Made by a program: the position numbers and the translations under genes. A stretch of 64,000 nt of DNA, taken from assembly GCA_041659805.1 (NCBI GenBank), contig JBAZXP010000001.1:704589-768588 (forward strand). The letters are read 5' to 3'. The number at the start of each line of letters is the position of its first letter. Positions within the stretch are counted from its first letter, which is position 1. Under the pieces are notes generated by a model that was given only the letters and a program-made list of their open reading frames with translations, was not told the origin of the DNA and did not search any database. Origin of the DNA: Microgenomates group bacterium. GTDB lineage: Bacteria; Patescibacteriota; Microgenomatia; Daviesbacterales; UBA10151. Shown piece after piece: positions 17,935-27,511 of the stretch.

Positions 17935-18462
17935 TTAAGGCTGTGGGACAAAATTTTGAGTAAAAGATCCGCTGTTTTCCCCAGTTACACCAGAGTGACT
18001 TAACCAATCAATATTTGCTTTGCCAGCCTTTGGCCACATTGTTCCTGTGTAAGAAATATCTATATCAGAACTTAAGAACGCTATGGAACAAGTTCCAAAT
18101 GCTCTTCCTAAAACAGAACCACCTTCACCACCGCTATATCTGCCGTTTATATTTCCATTACATACTCCGCTGAGTGTACCGGTTACATCTCCACCTGCTT
18201 TTGGCATAGTTATAGTAAAATGAGTAATTTGATTCATATAGTTAAGATCCTGGGAAATTGTTATTGTATCTGAGGTTTTAGTGGAAGAGGGGATATTTTT
18301 ATAGATTTTAGCGTTCTCTATAGAAGTTTTGGCCAAAGATTTAGTGTCTTGTTGATATTTTAGACCTAAGTAGAATCCAACAAACGGTAAAGCTATAAGC
18401 ATTATCATTGCAATTGCTTTAGAAAGAGGTGTAATTGTAGTATATTTTTTTGAAAGCTTCAT
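17935..18462 (-). CDS. membrane-anchored hypothetical protein
   Basis: N-terminal TITPLSKAIAMIMLIALPFVGFYLGLKYQ anchor. Confidence 0.75.
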   Translation of the reverse strand: MKLSKKYTTITPLSKAIAMIMLIALPFVGFYLGLKYQQDTKSLAKTSIENAKIYKNIPSSTKTSDTITISQDLNYMNQITHFTITMPKAGGDVTGTLSGVCNGNINGRYSGGEGGSVLGRAFGTCSIAFLSSDIDISYTGTMWPKAGKANIDWLSHSGVTGENSGSFTQNFVPQP

Positions 18463-18508
18463 AACTTAAGTATTACAGAGCAATAAAACATAAGTCAAGA
18501 CTGTGAGA

Positions 18509-19969
18509 TTATGTATGGGAAACACGTTCCAGCAGATCTTCTGACCAGACATCAAAGTAATTTTCAGGTAATATCAAAGCTCTTTTTGGTGCAAGTTCTG
18601 CAATAAATTCTTCTGTGTGGGATACAATTAGCAAGGCTCCCTGGTATTCTTTAAGAACCTGCAGGATAATTTTTTGAGACATCATATCCAGGTATGTAGT
18701 TGGCTCATCCAAGATTAAAAGATTGTAATCCTGTAATAAAAGTAAGGCTATAGAAAGTCTGGTTTTTTCTCCACCGGATAAAGTACCAATCTTTTGATGA
18801 ACTTTACTTCCTGGAAACAAGAAGCTGGCAAGCAGGGGACGGACAACACTTTCCGGTTGGTGGCTCATATTCATTGCAGTTTCCAAAAGATTTTTCTCAA
18901 AATCTAAATTCTCAAATTCCTGTGAATAATAACCCACTTTTAGGTTTGATTCTTTAAAAATTTCTCCTTCATTTGGTTCTAAAATCCCCATAAGTATTTT
19001 AATAAAAGTACTTTTTCCAACCCCATTAGGACCAATTAATGCCACACATTCACCACGTTCTATTGAAAGATTGATTCCTTTTAATATTTCCTTTTCCCCA
19101 TATGATTTAGAGATGTTTAAAGCTTTGATAGGTAAAGCTCCCACAGTTGCAGGCTCAGGCAGCCTAAATTTGATTGCTTTTACTTCTGGAGGTAAGTCTG
19201 GTAATTTCTCTTTTAATTTATGAACCCTTTTTTGTAAATTTATTCTTTGTCTGACCCCCATTCCTTTAGCACTTTCTTCCAAACGGGAAATATTTCTTTG
19301 TTCAACATGAACTTGTTTACGTAAAGTAGCTTCTTTTTCTGCCCTTTGTTCTAAAGCTTGAGTATAATTACCTCTATATTCTTCTATCTTATGAAGCTGT
19401 GTGTCCACATATAAAATCTTATTAATATGTTTGTCCAGTAATTCCAAATCATGGGAGATAAGGATTAGTGTTTTTGGATAATTGCTTAAAAAACCCATTA
19501 CCCATTTCTTACCCTCTGTATCCAAAAAGTTAGTTGGTTCATCAAGTAGTAAAATATCAGGTTGGGCTAAAAGCGCTCTTGCTAAAGCTAATCTGGTTTT
19601 TTGACCACCACTTAAAACCTTTGGTGAGGAATCCATATCTAATTCTGAAAGTTCCACACCAGTGATCATCTTATATAATTCATAGTCTTGTTTTGTTCCA
19701 TCAGGATTAAGATATTCCCGGATAGTAACAGCCGATTCCATAATAGGATCATGTTTTACTTCCTGTGGAACAATACCAATTGTGCCTGTGATTTCAATTT
19801 TTCCAGACTGAGCAAGCTCTTGCTTACAAAGAATTTTAAGCAGGGTACTTTTACCGGCGCCATTGGAACCGATTAAACCAACCTTTTGCCCATCTGTAAT
19901 TGTGAAGCTAACATCATCAAATATAGTATGTGCATTATGTGAAAATGATAAATTATGTACACTAAGCAT
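18509..19969 (-). CDS. ABC-F family ATPase
   Basis: two ABC domains (GSNGAGKST, LSGGQ, LDEPTN; GPNGVGKST, LSGGE), no TM. Confidence 0.93.
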   Translation of the reverse strand: MLSVHNLSFSHNAHTIFDDVSFTITDGQKVGLIGSNGAGKSTLLKILCKQELAQSGKIEITGTIGIVPQEVKHDPIMESAVTIREYLNPDGTKQDYELYKMITGVELSELDMDSSPKVLSGGQKTRLALARALLAQPDILLLDEPTNFLDTEGKKWVMGFLSNYPKTLILISHDLELLDKHINKILYVDTQLHKIEEYRGNYTQALEQRAEKEATLRKQVHVEQRNISRLEESAKGMGVRQRINLQKRVHKLKEKLPDLPPEVKAIKFRLPEPATVGALPIKALNISKSYGEKEILKGINLSIERGECVALIGPNGVGKSTFIKILMGILEPNEGEIFKESNLKVGYYSQEFENLDFEKNLLETAMNMSHQPESVVRPLLASFLFPGSKVHQKIGTLSGGEKTRLSIALLLLQDYNLLILDEPTTYLDMMSQKIILQVLKEYQGALLIVSHTEEFIAELAPKRALILPENYFDVWSEDLLERVSHT

Positions 19970-20034
19970 CCAGGTATTATACAGTAAAACTGCCTATTGT
20001 GCATTCTTATAGGATAAATGGTACAATACACTCT

Positions 20035-20637
20035 ATGGGAAATTTTAATAGAGGTAATAGATCAGGCGGAGAACGTAGTTATAGACCTTCTAGCTTTAAC
20101 CGTGGCTCAGATAGACAAGTAGAAATGCAACAAGCTGTTTGTGCTAAATGTGGACAGAACTGTGAAATTCCTTTTAGACCAACCAATGACAGGCCTGTAT
20201 ATTGTTCAAGCTGTTTTGAAAACAACAGAAATTCTGATTCAAGATCAGAAGGAAGAAGCTTTGTCAGACCTTCTAATTCTGAAGATCGTGAGATGTTTAC
20301 AGCTACTTGTGCAGATTGTGGTTCCAGTTGCCAGGTTCCTTTTAAACCAACCAACGGTAAACCGGTTTTTTGTAGCAATTGTTTTGGTGATAAAAAAGAA
20401 GGTAACAATAGAAGAAGTGAAAGACCAAACTCTCAACCTCAGGATAATAAACAACTTGAAGCTATAAATAGCAAACTTGATAAGATTTTAGCAATTTTAG
20501 CTCCAAATACAGCCTCAAAAGAAGATTTAGAAGAAATAGCTGAGGAAATCAAAGAAGTTACAGAAGATTTACCAGTAGAAGTTGTTGTTGAGAAAAAAGT
20601 AAAAGTTGCAAAGAAAAAAGCTCCAGTAAAGAAATAA
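20035..20637 (+). CDS. CxxC-x17-CxxC zinc-ribbon repeat protein
   Basis: two CxxCG..C.(I/V)PF.PT...PV(Y/F)CSxCF repeats. Confidence 0.9.
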   Translation: MGNFNRGNRSGGERSYRPSSFNRGSDRQVEMQQAVCAKCGQNCEIPFRPTNDRPVYCSSCFENNRNSDSRSEGRSFVRPSNSEDREMFTATCADCGSSCQVPFKPTNGKPVFCSNCFGDKKEGNNRRSERPNSQPQDNKQLEAINSKLDKILAILAPNTASKEDLEEIAEEIKEVTEDLPVEVVVEKKVKVAKKKAPVKK

Positions 20638-20642
20638 TTAAG

Positions 20643-21293
20643 TTAAAATCCCTTTAGTTTAGCCTGAACTGTTAATCTTTTTGTGTTTAATCCAGGTGGG
20701 ACACAAGTCATCAGTGTTAAATATCTGCCTGTTTCGTCAGGAGGATTAATTACCCATGTTTCTTGGGGATTAACAATTGTTAGGCCCTTAACAATATATT
20801 CAAATTTTTGTCCACCTGCAGTAACTATTATAGAATCACCCTTTTTAATGTCAGGTAATTTAGAAAAAATAGCTTTATAGTTATCTTGTTTGAAAAATTG
20901 AGGCAGGGAAGAATGACCAGAAATAAAAACATTACCTTTTTCACCAGGAAGAGCTGATCCTGGTAAATGAGACAAGTGTGTTTCAAAAGTATTACTGTCA
21001 ACAGATACTTCTGCTGCATCTAATTTAATACCGGGCACAGAAACAGTAAAAGTATTATACGAAGCCGGAATAGACCTTTTGTTGTTTGAGGTAATAACGG
21101 GAAAATTATTTCGGTTTTCGATAGATACTCCTAAAACTGATTTTGAATCAAGAGAAGGGCTAACTAGAGCAACATTTTGCTGTGAATATACAAAAGCCTC
21201 CCAGGCCTTAAAAGATACAATAGGCATAATTACCTGTGTAAGCAAAAAAACACCTATTCCTAACATAAATAGAGGGAGCAGCTTAAGGAGCAT
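20643..21293 (-). CDS. sortase
   Basis: PGEKGNVFISGHS, LTLMTCVPPG...RL. Confidence 0.9.
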   Translation of the reverse strand: MLLKLLPLFMLGIGVFLLTQVIMPIVSFKAWEAFVYSQQNVALVSPSLDSKSVLGVSIENRNNFPVITSNNKRSIPASYNTFTVSVPGIKLDAAEVSVDSNTFETHLSHLPGSALPGEKGNVFISGHSSLPQFFKQDNYKAIFSKLPDIKKGDSIIVTAGGQKFEYIVKGLTIVNPQETWVINPPDETGRYLTLMTCVPPGLNTKRLTVQAKLKGF

Positions 21294-21344
21294 ATATATC
21301 TATATTAGACTAGATCGAAAGCCTAAATCAAGGTATAAAAAGGG

Positions 21345-21869
21345 TTAAAAAAGAGGAATGCCTTTATAATTTTTGCTTCCTCTGTAGAGTGCATTAGATA
21401 CAGTTAGAGGCACCTCTTTATTATCATTTCCTAAACCAATGACCCAAAATGGCACCGGGCCATTCAGAATCTTTATTTTTGCATTAGGCTTAATTGAGGT
21501 AGAGCAAACATCTAAAAAAGATCTATCGTCAGGTGCATAAGCATATTTCCAATACCTTAAAGAGTTCAATCGGTCAGGAGTAATAAGCTTTTCATCTACT
21601 TCCAGAACCCTGATAGTTTGCCAGCCAAAGCGGCTAAGCGAGATTAGCATTTCTAAATAATTTTTTGGAGTGGATGCATTTCGGTCACCATTTATAAATT
21701 TTCCGATAAAACCTTTTGGCATGGGCTGTTTATTCCAAGTCCAATCAAAGCTGGGTTTAGAATCTCCGACCGCGAGTTTCGTTGGATATTCAAAAATTAA
21801 TCTTCCTGCGAGATCAAGCATTGAACGTGGTTCAGAGTGATATGAAAGAAAGTTACTAGGTAATTCCAT
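21345..21869 (-). CDS. hypothetical protein
   Basis: 174-aa ORF with CTATAG-box promoter. Confidence 0.65.
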   Translation of the reverse strand: MELPSNFLSYHSEPRSMLDLAGRLIFEYPTKLAVGDSKPSFDWTWNKQPMPKGFIGKFINGDRNASTPKNYLEMLISLSRFGWQTIRVLEVDEKLITPDRLNSLRYWKYAYAPDDRSFLDVCSTSIKPNAKIKILNGPVPFWVIGLGNDNKEVPLTVSNALYRGSKNYKGIPLF

Positions 21870-22090
21870 ATTTGTATTATAGTACCTTCACAGAGTAAAA
21901 GCAACCTATAGTAGTTAGATCAAAAGAGGTGTTTTGACAGCCCAAAGAAAACCCTAGTTAAAATGGTTCTACTGGTAGGCAATCCAAAAAAGAGTAATTA
22001 GGCCTACTTACTAGGCGTTTTACATATTCAATATCGTCAGGGTGATTTCGCTTCATTTCACCGCTTCTGATGATATAATGACTACAAATT

Positions 22091-22711
22091 ATGAAAACTA
22101 ATTATTGTACTCTGTATGTTGTCCGTCATGGAGAAACTGATTGGAATGTTGCCAAAAAAATTCAAGGTCACACAGATATTGATTTAAATACTGAAGGAGA
22201 AAAACAAGCACAGTTATTAGGTGAAGAATTAAAAGACATAGATTTTGAAGCTGTGTTTTCTTCAGATTTAATAAGAGCAAAAAGAACAGCAGAAATTATA
22301 GCTTTAGAAAAAAAGCTTGCTGTGACTACAACAGAATTACTCAGGGAACGCAAATTCGGACGTTTTGAAGGTAAACATATTGACGCATTTAAAGAGATGG
22401 GTGATGTTTTAGATAAATTGACTGATGAAGAAAGATTTTCCAGCAAACATTTTCCTGATGTGGAAAATGATGAAGAATTAATCAATCACTTTATTACATT
22501 CACAAGGGAGGTTTGTGTGGCTAATCCGGGAAAAAATATTTTAATTACCACTCATGGGGGGATTCTCAGGTCTTTACTAGTACATTTAGGTTATGCAAAC
22601 TATAAAGATCCTCTGCATGTTGGTAATACTGCATACATGGTTTTGAAATCTGATGGTGTTGATTTTTTTATTGAAGGCGTGAAGGGTATAGAAAAAAATA
22701 TTACTACTTAG
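22091..22711 (+). CDS. histidine phosphatase (phosphoglycerate mutase-like)
   Basis: VVRHGETDWN, SSDLIRA, LRER.FG, THGG. Confidence 0.93.
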   Translation: MKTNYCTLYVVRHGETDWNVAKKIQGHTDIDLNTEGEKQAQLLGEELKDIDFEAVFSSDLIRAKRTAEIIALEKKLAVTTTELLRERKFGRFEGKHIDAFKEMGDVLDKLTDEERFSSKHFPDVENDEELINHFITFTREVCVANPGKNILITTHGGILRSLLVHLGYANYKDPLHVGNTAYMVLKSDGVDFFIEGVKGIEKNITT

Positions 22712-23294
22712 GTAATTTTAGATTAAAACGGTTGCTGTATTCGTAAAACTCAATTGTTCGACCTCTTGATAAGGCTCTATCTATTAATACCTCACATCTT
22801 GCTCTTGAATACCTTTGAGCAAGTACACAATAGAGATTAAGAACTCCGACACTGCCGATTATTGTTAACCCAAACATATTGCCGTTCATAATATCTGCTA
22901 TACATGTGGGTAAATTTGTTACTGCAATTGCTCCAAGATGCCAAATTTCATTAAACGCTGTTTGATTTGTGCCGTAATCAATCAAAGATGAGAGTCTAGT
23001 ATCCTTAACACTGTAAGTTGATTGATACCTATATTTGCCATTGCTAGTCATATGCCTCGCAAGAATCCTTGGTATTTTTTGAAATTGGTGAATTTGGAGA
23101 GCTTTCAATATTTTAATAGTTGTATGTGGATTTCCCCTTGGTTTTAAGTACCATTTAAATAGACGCTGGACAACATTATCACTTTCAGAATGTTCAAACA
23201 TTTCCTTATAGGTTTTAGGCTCAGAAGTTTGTGTTTCTGTTTCTGTTGGAAAATTTAAAGCGTGACTCGTATATAGTTCCTGATCAAGTCTCAT
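22704..23294 (-). CDS. CrtO-like acyltransferase family membrane protein
   Basis: E.WH...NLYCVLAQRYSRAR pattern. Confidence 0.5.
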   Translation of the reverse strand: MRLDQELYTSHALNFPTETETQTSEPKTYKEMFEHSESDNVVQRLFKWYLKPRGNPHTTIKILKALQIHQFQKIPRILARHMTSNGKYRYQSTYSVKDTRLSSLIDYGTNQTAFNEIWHLGAIAVTNLPTCIADIMNGNMFGLTIIGSVGVLNLYCVLAQRYSRARCEVLIDRALSRGRTIEFYEYSNRFNLKLPK

Positions 23295-23359
23295 AAGCAG
23301 GAATTATATCAAAAGGAGGTGAATAGATCAACTATAGGCTTATTTATTTGAATACAATA

Positions 23360-23476
23360 TGTGCCCTTCTTGCACTTTCATTCGAACACCTTTTAGCCTG
23401 GATCTCTGATATCCAACAGACTTACATGAAAGGTACTGATCCTGATTATACCAAAAAAGGAGTGGAAGAAGAATGA
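23360..23476 (+). other. left att arm encoding the alternative C-terminal tail of the recombinase
   Basis: in frame with the LSR across GTGC: (G)ALLALSFEHLLAWISDIQQTYMKGTDPDYTKKGVEEE*; TGA overlaps ATG 23473. Confidence 0.75.
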
Positions 23477-23922
23477 GTAATCTGTTTCCCTCCCAACTTC
23501 ATACAGAAAAAACCTTTTATCTGTCATTTTTGGATGATTTGGAGAGCTGTAATGAGGAAGTTATCATTGAAAGTCCTTATATTACCAGCGAACGAACAAG
23601 TTTGTTTATTCCTATATTTGAAATGCTTTTGAAAAAAGGTGTAAGAATTTATGTTATGACCAGAGACCCAAAAGAACACGATTTGAACTTAGAGGCACAA
23701 TCAGAAGAGACTATTAGGACTTTTGAAATAATGGGAGTTCAAACTTTACTGTGCGTTGGCAATCATCACCGGAAACTGGCTATTTTAGACAGAAAAATAC
23801 TTTGGGAGGGTAGCTTGAACATTTTATCTCAAACGCACAGTCGTGAAATTATGAGGAGAATAGAAAATGAAGAAATTGCTATGGAGATGTTTAACTTTTT
23901 GAAGCTGAATAAGTTTATTTAG
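23473..23922 (+). CDS. single-domain phospholipase D/Nuc-like protein
   Basis: IESPYIT, HRKLAILD...WEGSLN. Confidence 0.85.
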   Translation: MSNLFPSQLHTEKTFYLSFLDDLESCNEEVIIESPYITSERTSLFIPIFEMLLKKGVRIYVMTRDPKEHDLNLEAQSEETIRTFEIMGVQTLLCVGNHHRKLAILDRKILWEGSLNILSQTHSREIMRRIENEEIAMEMFNFLKLNKFI

Positions 23923-24130
23923 TCTTCATTATCTCGGATATATCCACTCCGAGCGCTTTGCTTATTTTTAGTAAATTATCAGGAGATGTAGCAACTTCGC
24001 CTCTTTCAATGACAGCGAAATAATTTACATTTATTTCAGCCTTTTTTGCTACCTCTGCTTGGGTAAGCTTGGCTTTTTCCCTTAACTTTTTGATATTTTT
24101 GCCGTAAATTTCTTTGTATGAGCTATCCAT
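23915..24130 (-). CDS. XRE-family HTH regulator
   Basis: IKKLREKAKLTQAEVAKKAEI...IERGE. Confidence 0.9.
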   Translation of the reverse strand: MDSSYKEIYGKNIKKLREKAKLTQAEVAKKAEINVNYFAVIERGEVATSPDNLLKISKALGVDISEIMKTK

Positions 24131-24301
24131 ATTTCGATATTATAGCATTTTCCAAAAAACAATCAAAATCTATAGGGTCCCCTTAAAGCCAAATATATTT
24201 ATTAGTCATTTTGCTACGAGTTTGAAATCTGGTAAACTATCCGATAGTGGCAGTGATTGTGACTTTTGTAAATATAGAGAAGATATCAGACAATTCGAGA
24301 A

Positions 24302-25804
24302 ATGAATGACCCTAGAATAAAATTTAATAAATACTTTAAAGTAAATAAAAAGGATCTTGATAAGGAGGGATTTTTTAATATTTCACTAGTGTCGGATTTA
24401 CCACTTTTCATCGATCCGTTCCACCTTTTCTATAGTCCAAAAGCAGAATATCAAAAACTACATAAAGATATTATTGAATATCTGATTTTTCTAAGAGGAA
24501 TTTCTACAAACTATGCTGGTATGCAATTACCAGCATCCATACTCAATACTTATTACAAATTTCCAGAGGTAAAACAGAATTGGTTTGGCTTTTCTTTTAT
24601 CGGCAATGAAGGTCATGGTCTAGGTGCCAAATTTGCAAAAGCACTGAACAATAATTTTAGCGAACTGTTTAATGATTTCGGATCTGGGAAAAAGACCCAC
24701 CATTTAGAGAAGTTAACCTTAATTGCAGATAGGGTTGGGAAAGATTCGGTAAGTGACTTTGCGACAAATCTGATCCACGGATTTTTAGCAAAACAGACAG
24801 AAGAATTTACTAAAACATATGTTGACAAGAATCAAACTAAACCATTCACGATTAAAAGAGCTGAATTTGATTATGTTCATCAAGTTTGGAAACCCAAAGT
24901 ATATGTTTTGCCAGCATATGGCGGAGATTACGTGTTACTTACCCCAAAAGATTTACTTACAAAGAATGATACTTGGATTAACAAGACTGACTTTATAGAA
25001 GACTTCGCTGAAATTCCAAATTCAATGCCTAATGATGTTTTGCGTGAACAACTTTCAAGATATTTTGACCAAAAGTTAAAGGAAAACGCAAAAACTAGAT
25101 TAAACAAGAAGACAAAAAAACTTGAGGATTACCAGACTCAAGAGACAAGAGGAAAAGCAGCAATCGAAACTGCCAAAAAATTTCCACAATCAATTGATGT
25201 ATATATCAAGCTAAAAGAAGAGAAGGGGGATCAAGCAAAGGTAATCAGCGAAGAATATGTACTTGAAACAGAGACATTTTTTGAAAATCAATTTTCAAAT
25301 TTTGCAGAACAGGTTGATACAAAAAAAACTAAACCGACTTCATATAAAGAAGCTCTTGCTCGTGCATTATATTTCAAAGAGTGTGTTGAGCTTCACGACA
25401 ATTATAAGAATCTATACGATGGACAAAAGCCAGCAGATGAAGATTGGATACAGAGAATGTTTTGGCTTGTTTGGTATGGATCCGAAAGCGATCTTAATAG
25501 AGAGCCTAAAAATGGTCTTGGTGAACCAGATTTTACAGCATCTCAAGGAAGAAAAGACAAGACTGTAATTGAGTTTAAATTGGCCAGTAGTAGTAGCTTA
25601 GAAAAAAATATTCTTAACCAATTAGAGAAGTATAAAGAAGTTAATAAGACGAATCAGGGTATTTGGGTCATTATATTTTTTACATACAAAGATCATCAAA
25701 AGGTTTTAGGGATTCTTAAAAAGAATAATTTAGAAGGTAACAAAAACTATATTTTGGTTGATGCTCGAAAAGACAACAAAATACCTCCTTCAAAGATCAA
25801 ATAA
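24302..25804 (+). CDS. protein with C-terminal PD-(D/E)xK nuclease-like motif
   Basis: DLPLFIDPF N-terminal motif; GEPDF...VIEFKLA. Confidence 0.6.
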   Translation: MNDPRIKFNKYFKVNKKDLDKEGFFNISLVSDLPLFIDPFHLFYSPKAEYQKLHKDIIEYLIFLRGISTNYAGMQLPASILNTYYKFPEVKQNWFGFSFIGNEGHGLGAKFAKALNNNFSELFNDFGSGKKTHHLEKLTLIADRVGKDSVSDFATNLIHGFLAKQTEEFTKTYVDKNQTKPFTIKRAEFDYVHQVWKPKVYVLPAYGGDYVLLTPKDLLTKNDTWINKTDFIEDFAEIPNSMPNDVLREQLSRYFDQKLKENAKTRLNKKTKKLEDYQTQETRGKAAIETAKKFPQSIDVYIKLKEEKGDQAKVISEEYVLETETFFENQFSNFAEQVDTKKTKPTSYKEALARALYFKECVELHDNYKNLYDGQKPADEDWIQRMFWLVWYGSESDLNREPKNGLGEPDFTASQGRKDKTVIEFKLASSSSLEKNILNQLEKYKEVNKTNQGIWVIIFFTYKDHQKVLGILKKNNLEGNKNYILVDARKDNKIPPSKIK

Positions 25805-25908
25805 ATGAATATTCAACTAAACTATGATGATTTGAATAACGATCAAAAAAACAGAGTTTTCAGATAATGTAATTAACGAATTAAGAAAGATACTAAAATA
25901 ATTCAAGA

Positions 25909-26208
25909 TTAAGCGTATTTATTTTCAAAAGACTTATCAGACATTAAAAGATAAATAATGCCTTCTAAGAAACCAATAAATCCGGGGACAAATGTCCAGA
26001 AGAATATTATATAGATAATTCCTTGTATAGGTTTACCTAAATAAAATTTGTGAATTCCAAAATCACCAAGAAATATAGCCAATAATGCAGCTGCTATTCT
26101 ATTTTTGCTTGTCTTTGACTCCAAAACAGGAGAATATTTACTCTTAACTTGAGCTCTATACTTTTCCTCTTCCTCAATTTTCTTTTTTGATTTTTCTGTG
26201 AGTGCCAT
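25909..26208 (-). CDS. TM2/NINE domain membrane protein
   Basis: KNRIAAALLAIFLGDFGIHKFYLG. Confidence 0.9.
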   Translation of the reverse strand: MALTEKSKKKIEEEEKYRAQVKSKYSPVLESKTSKNRIAAALLAIFLGDFGIHKFYLGKPIQGIIYIIFFWTFVPGFIGFLEGIIYLLMSDKSFENKYA

Positions 26209-26246
26209 ATCTTGCTGAATAATATCAAATAATTTTTACTTTATCA

Positions 26247-26864
26247 TTAAGGATTTCCAGCTCCTAGAAATGTTCTTGGATTAACAGGTATTCCATAAAC
26301 TCTAACTTCAAAATGTAAATGTGGGCCTGTTGACCAGCCTGTTGAACCCATTCTTCCTATAACCTGTTTAGTAGATGTTATTTCCTGCCCTTTAACTACA
26401 AATATTTTATCAAGATGGGCATATATAGAAGTAATATTATTACCATGATCTATGATTATATGTTTACCGTATCCCCAGGATATTTCACCAGCGTAGATTA
26501 CTTTACCAGGTAAAAAGGGGTTTATAGGGTCACCTATCTGACCATAGGCATTTGCTATATCAATTCCTGTATGGAAAATCTGGAAACCGCTGCTTTGTCC
26601 AAACTCTAAAGTTATTACTCCAAATGTAGGCCAAGAAACTATTACCTTTAAAGGGATAGCTTCACCTGTAACAGGATCATGTATTTCTACATTTTGGGTT
26701 TGTTCGTTTACTGAAACTAGCTTATCCGAAATAATATCAAGCCCGATTTGAGTTAAGAGAATAATTGCAATAATTGGTATTGATATGGCAATACAAAAAG
26801 CTACTAAGACAAATTTAAGTTCTCTTTTAAAGGAAAATATAAGATATGCAAATTTTGGATTCAT
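26247..26864 (-). CDS. M23 peptidase (conjugation-associated wall hydrolase)
   Basis: HTGIDIA, YAHL, GSTGWSTGPHLHFEVR. Confidence 0.9.
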   Translation of the reverse strand: MNPKFAYLIFSFKRELKFVLVAFCIAISIPIIAIILLTQIGLDIISDKLVSVNEQTQNVEIHDPVTGEAIPLKVIVSWPTFGVITLEFGQSSGFQIFHTGIDIANAYGQIGDPINPFLPGKVIYAGEISWGYGKHIIIDHGNNITSIYAHLDKIFVVKGQEITSTKQVIGRMGSTGWSTGPHLHFEVRVYGIPVNPRTFLGAGNP

Positions 26865-26938
26865 CTGCTTGCTGGGCAGATGAACGTATTATACTCCAAA
26901 TTATTTTAGCATTTATAAAAGAATTCAATTCTCTTAGG

Positions 26939-27442
26939 CTAAATATTACCCCTCAATTCCTTAGTAAGGGATTTAATGCGATCTTTATTGCTTTCTAGAT
27001 ATCCCTCTCCTGGAACGTATAATCTTAGATTTGTTCCCAAAATAAAGTTTATACCCCTCACTTCTGCATTAGGATGGATCACGATGGATTCTTTAGCAGA
27101 TACACAATCATTTCTTGGATTGCAGCAACATAGAAGGATAGAAGCTGCTTTACCATCAACTGACTCTATCCAATCTTGTATTTTAATTGTTTCTCCACCA
27201 TCACCTAAAACCCACTCACCTTGTTCATGGTTAGCGTGTGCATGCAACATGATTCCATTTTTATTCTGATGGTATAAACTATACGCATCAATTAAATCTG
27301 TAAAACCTCGGTTTCTCTTTAATCCAAGCATCATCAGGAAGTTTATAAAATTGTTCCATCCTAATGATTTAGGGTCATACATCTCAGTGAACCTATCCTC
27401 ACTAACATATACAAGGTTATTTCTATCACGAATTTCCTTCAT
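26939..27442 (-). CDS. hypothetical protein
   Basis: 167-aa ORF with its own promoter (TTGAAA-17-TAAACT) between virB4 and the M23 gene. Confidence 0.65.
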   Translation of the reverse strand: MKEIRDRNNLVYVSEDRFTEMYDPKSLGWNNFINFLMMLGLKRNRGFTDLIDAYSLYHQNKNGIMLHAHANHEQGEWVLGDGGETIKIQDWIESVDGKAASILLCCCNPRNDCVSAKESIVIHPNAEVRGINFILGTNLRLYVPGEGYLESNKDRIKSLTKELRGNI

Positions 27443-27511
27443 AGAATAGGTAGTTTAGCAGAAAGATTGACTCGTTTCAAACTACTATAAGCCAACACAT
27501 GGAGGATCTAT

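Noticed and set aside
17935-18508. Further cassette beyond junction D
   Set aside because: No tRNA-end copy or tail frame upstream; probably the original tRNA-Gly neighbour.
25805-25867. 20-aa ORF after the PD-(D/E)xK gene
   Set aside because: Too short; at most a truncated stub.
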